Virus record (IMG/VR): IMGVR_UViG_3300050491_000011
Strand: one strand, 5' to 3'
DNA from: a virus
Length of the DNA stretch: 64,000 nt
Shown: in pieces, positions 63,947 to 64,000 of the stretch
How positions within the stretch are numbered: the first letter of the stretch is position 1
Layout: each line of letters starts with the position of its first letter
The notes under the pieces: generated by a model
What the model was told of the DNA's origin: nothing
Database searches by the model: none
Seen by the model: only the letters and a program-made list of their open reading frames with translations
Made by a program: the position numbers and the translations under genes

Positions 63947-64000
63947 GTGTCATGGTTAGCCTCTCGCTGCAACTGTTCCGCGCAAGACATTATTTCAAGA

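Overview
This window is 64 kb of a phiKZ-like, nucleus-forming jumbo phage (Chimalliviridae-like), probably infecting Pseudomonas because it carries a near-copy of the host regulator AmrZ. Positions 1-15.2 kb hold the conserved core block: an SbcD/Mre11 nuclease, a ChmC-like RNA-binding protein, a gp68-like non-virion RNAP factor, a PicA/Imp1-like nuclear import protein, the non-virion RNAP beta-C and beta'-C subunits, and an SF2 helicase. Positions 16-50 kb hold virion and replication genes: the virion RNAP beta' middle subunit, the exonuclease half of a split family-B DNA polymerase, baseplate genes and expanded inner-head paralogues with S/A/G-x-E protease motifs. Positions 50-64 kb are accessory: a LigA OB/Zn mini-protein, a macrodomain, small membrane proteins, an AmrZ chimera, an enlarged ThyA, a 2OG-Fe(II) oxygenase and a protein with an AlgP/H1-like tail. 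The two most notable sequence-level observations are candidate programmed -1 frameshifts. The first, C_CCA_AAG at 36253, would append a start-less ~120-aa domain to an inner-head protein. The second, T_TTT_TTT at 22431, would fuse a gp26-like chaperone to a start-less downstream ORF in a G/GT-like arrangement. Orthology to phiKZ gene numbers comes from recalled motifs, protein size and gene order, not from database searches. No tRNA, rRNA, CRISPR array or intact mobile element was recognised.
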